A DNA stretch of 27,218 bases, taken from positions 1-27,218 of the forward strand of contig DAOVJF010000001.1 of NCBI GenBank assembly GCA_030673355.1, written 5' to 3'. The DNA is from Planctomycetota bacterium (GTDB lineage Bacteria; JAJVIF01; JAPKYR01). Below, piece by piece: positions 26,720 through 27,218 of the stretch. The position numbers were made by a program, and so were the translations under genes. Each line of letters starts with the position of its first letter. Within the stretch, counting starts at the first letter, position 1. Below the pieces are notes generated by a model. It searched no databases. It was given only the letters and a program-made list of their open reading frames with translations, and was not told where the DNA came from.

Positions 26720-27019
26720 TCTTATTTGAATTGCATACAGGGTTTCGCAACCGAGAATGATATCTCGATCCGAACCCTCTTTACTCTAATTAGTATCGGG
26801 AACGGCAGGCAGCTATTGCCGTCATTCGTGACTATTTTAGGGCTTGGAAAGTATTTTCTTCGAACTTCGGGGATAAGGCATTTTCCCATTGATATACAAT
26901 GATAAAGTCAGGTTAATCTCTGGAGAAAACCGGCATCTCCCCGTGATTTAATCAATTTCAAGTAGAATCGGTCTGAATGGTTTTTTTAATTATGAGACAC
27001 GCTCTAATGCACGGGGCTA

Positions 27020-27218
27020 TCAATTGTCCTTTGCAGGGATTGTCAGGATGAATTCCACTCCGCCGTCAGGATGGTTAGAGCCTGTGATATCGCCGCCATG
27101 ATTTTTCGCGATCGAGTAACAGACGCTCAAACCGAGACCTGTTCCCTCGCCCGGCGCTTTCGTTGTAAAGAACGGGTCGAAAATCCTCCGAAGATATTCT
27201 TCCGGAATCCCAGGCCCC
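27020..27218 (-). CDS. 3' end of a sensor histidine kinase (HATPase_c domain), 5'-truncated by the window edge
   Basis: Not in the ORF track. Manual translation from 27217: [65 protein letters not shown]-stop (F-box and G2 box). Confidence 0.93.
   Translation of the reverse strand, partial: GPGIPEEYLRRIFDPFFTTKAPGEGTGLGLSVCYSIAKNHGGDITGSNHPDGGVEFILTIPAKDN

Noticed and set aside
26720-27019. Sigma28 promoter or c-di-GMP riboswitch in the 300-nt spacer
   Set aside because: TAAA...(G/A)CCG(A/G)T matches have 12-nt rather than 15-nt spacing. Small hairpins exist, but the GEMM core motifs are absent.

Overview
Bacterial genomic window (genetic code 11) with no mobile-element genes, CRISPR array, tRNA or rRNA recognisable. 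Housekeeping and regulatory genes are mnmG, dodecin, proS, a FliA/WhiG-type sigma factor and the 3' end of a histidine kinase. They are interspersed with an expanded set of surface lipoproteins. Six lipoproteins share a two-domain N-terminal module of about 300-350 aa that I cannot assign to a known family (invariant R-x4-H-[LY]-N-I, [FY]-D-[LV]-R, D-[WYH]-Q). It is fused to different C-terminal parts: PD40/TolB propeller, PKD x1 or x4, SBBP propeller, or an unassigned domain. A seventh lipoprotein is a stand-alone SBBP propeller. Also present are two tandem paralogue pairs of unknown small proteins (4-Cys CPTPxC...CxxGC proteins; tail-anchored proteins with a 15-aa repeat), a REP-like inverted doublet, and a nested 103-bp/27-bp repeat filling the dodecin-proS spacer. 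The modular lipoprotein family is the best candidate for an undescribed system. Family assignments are from motif recognition only; no database search was run, so novelty is unverified.
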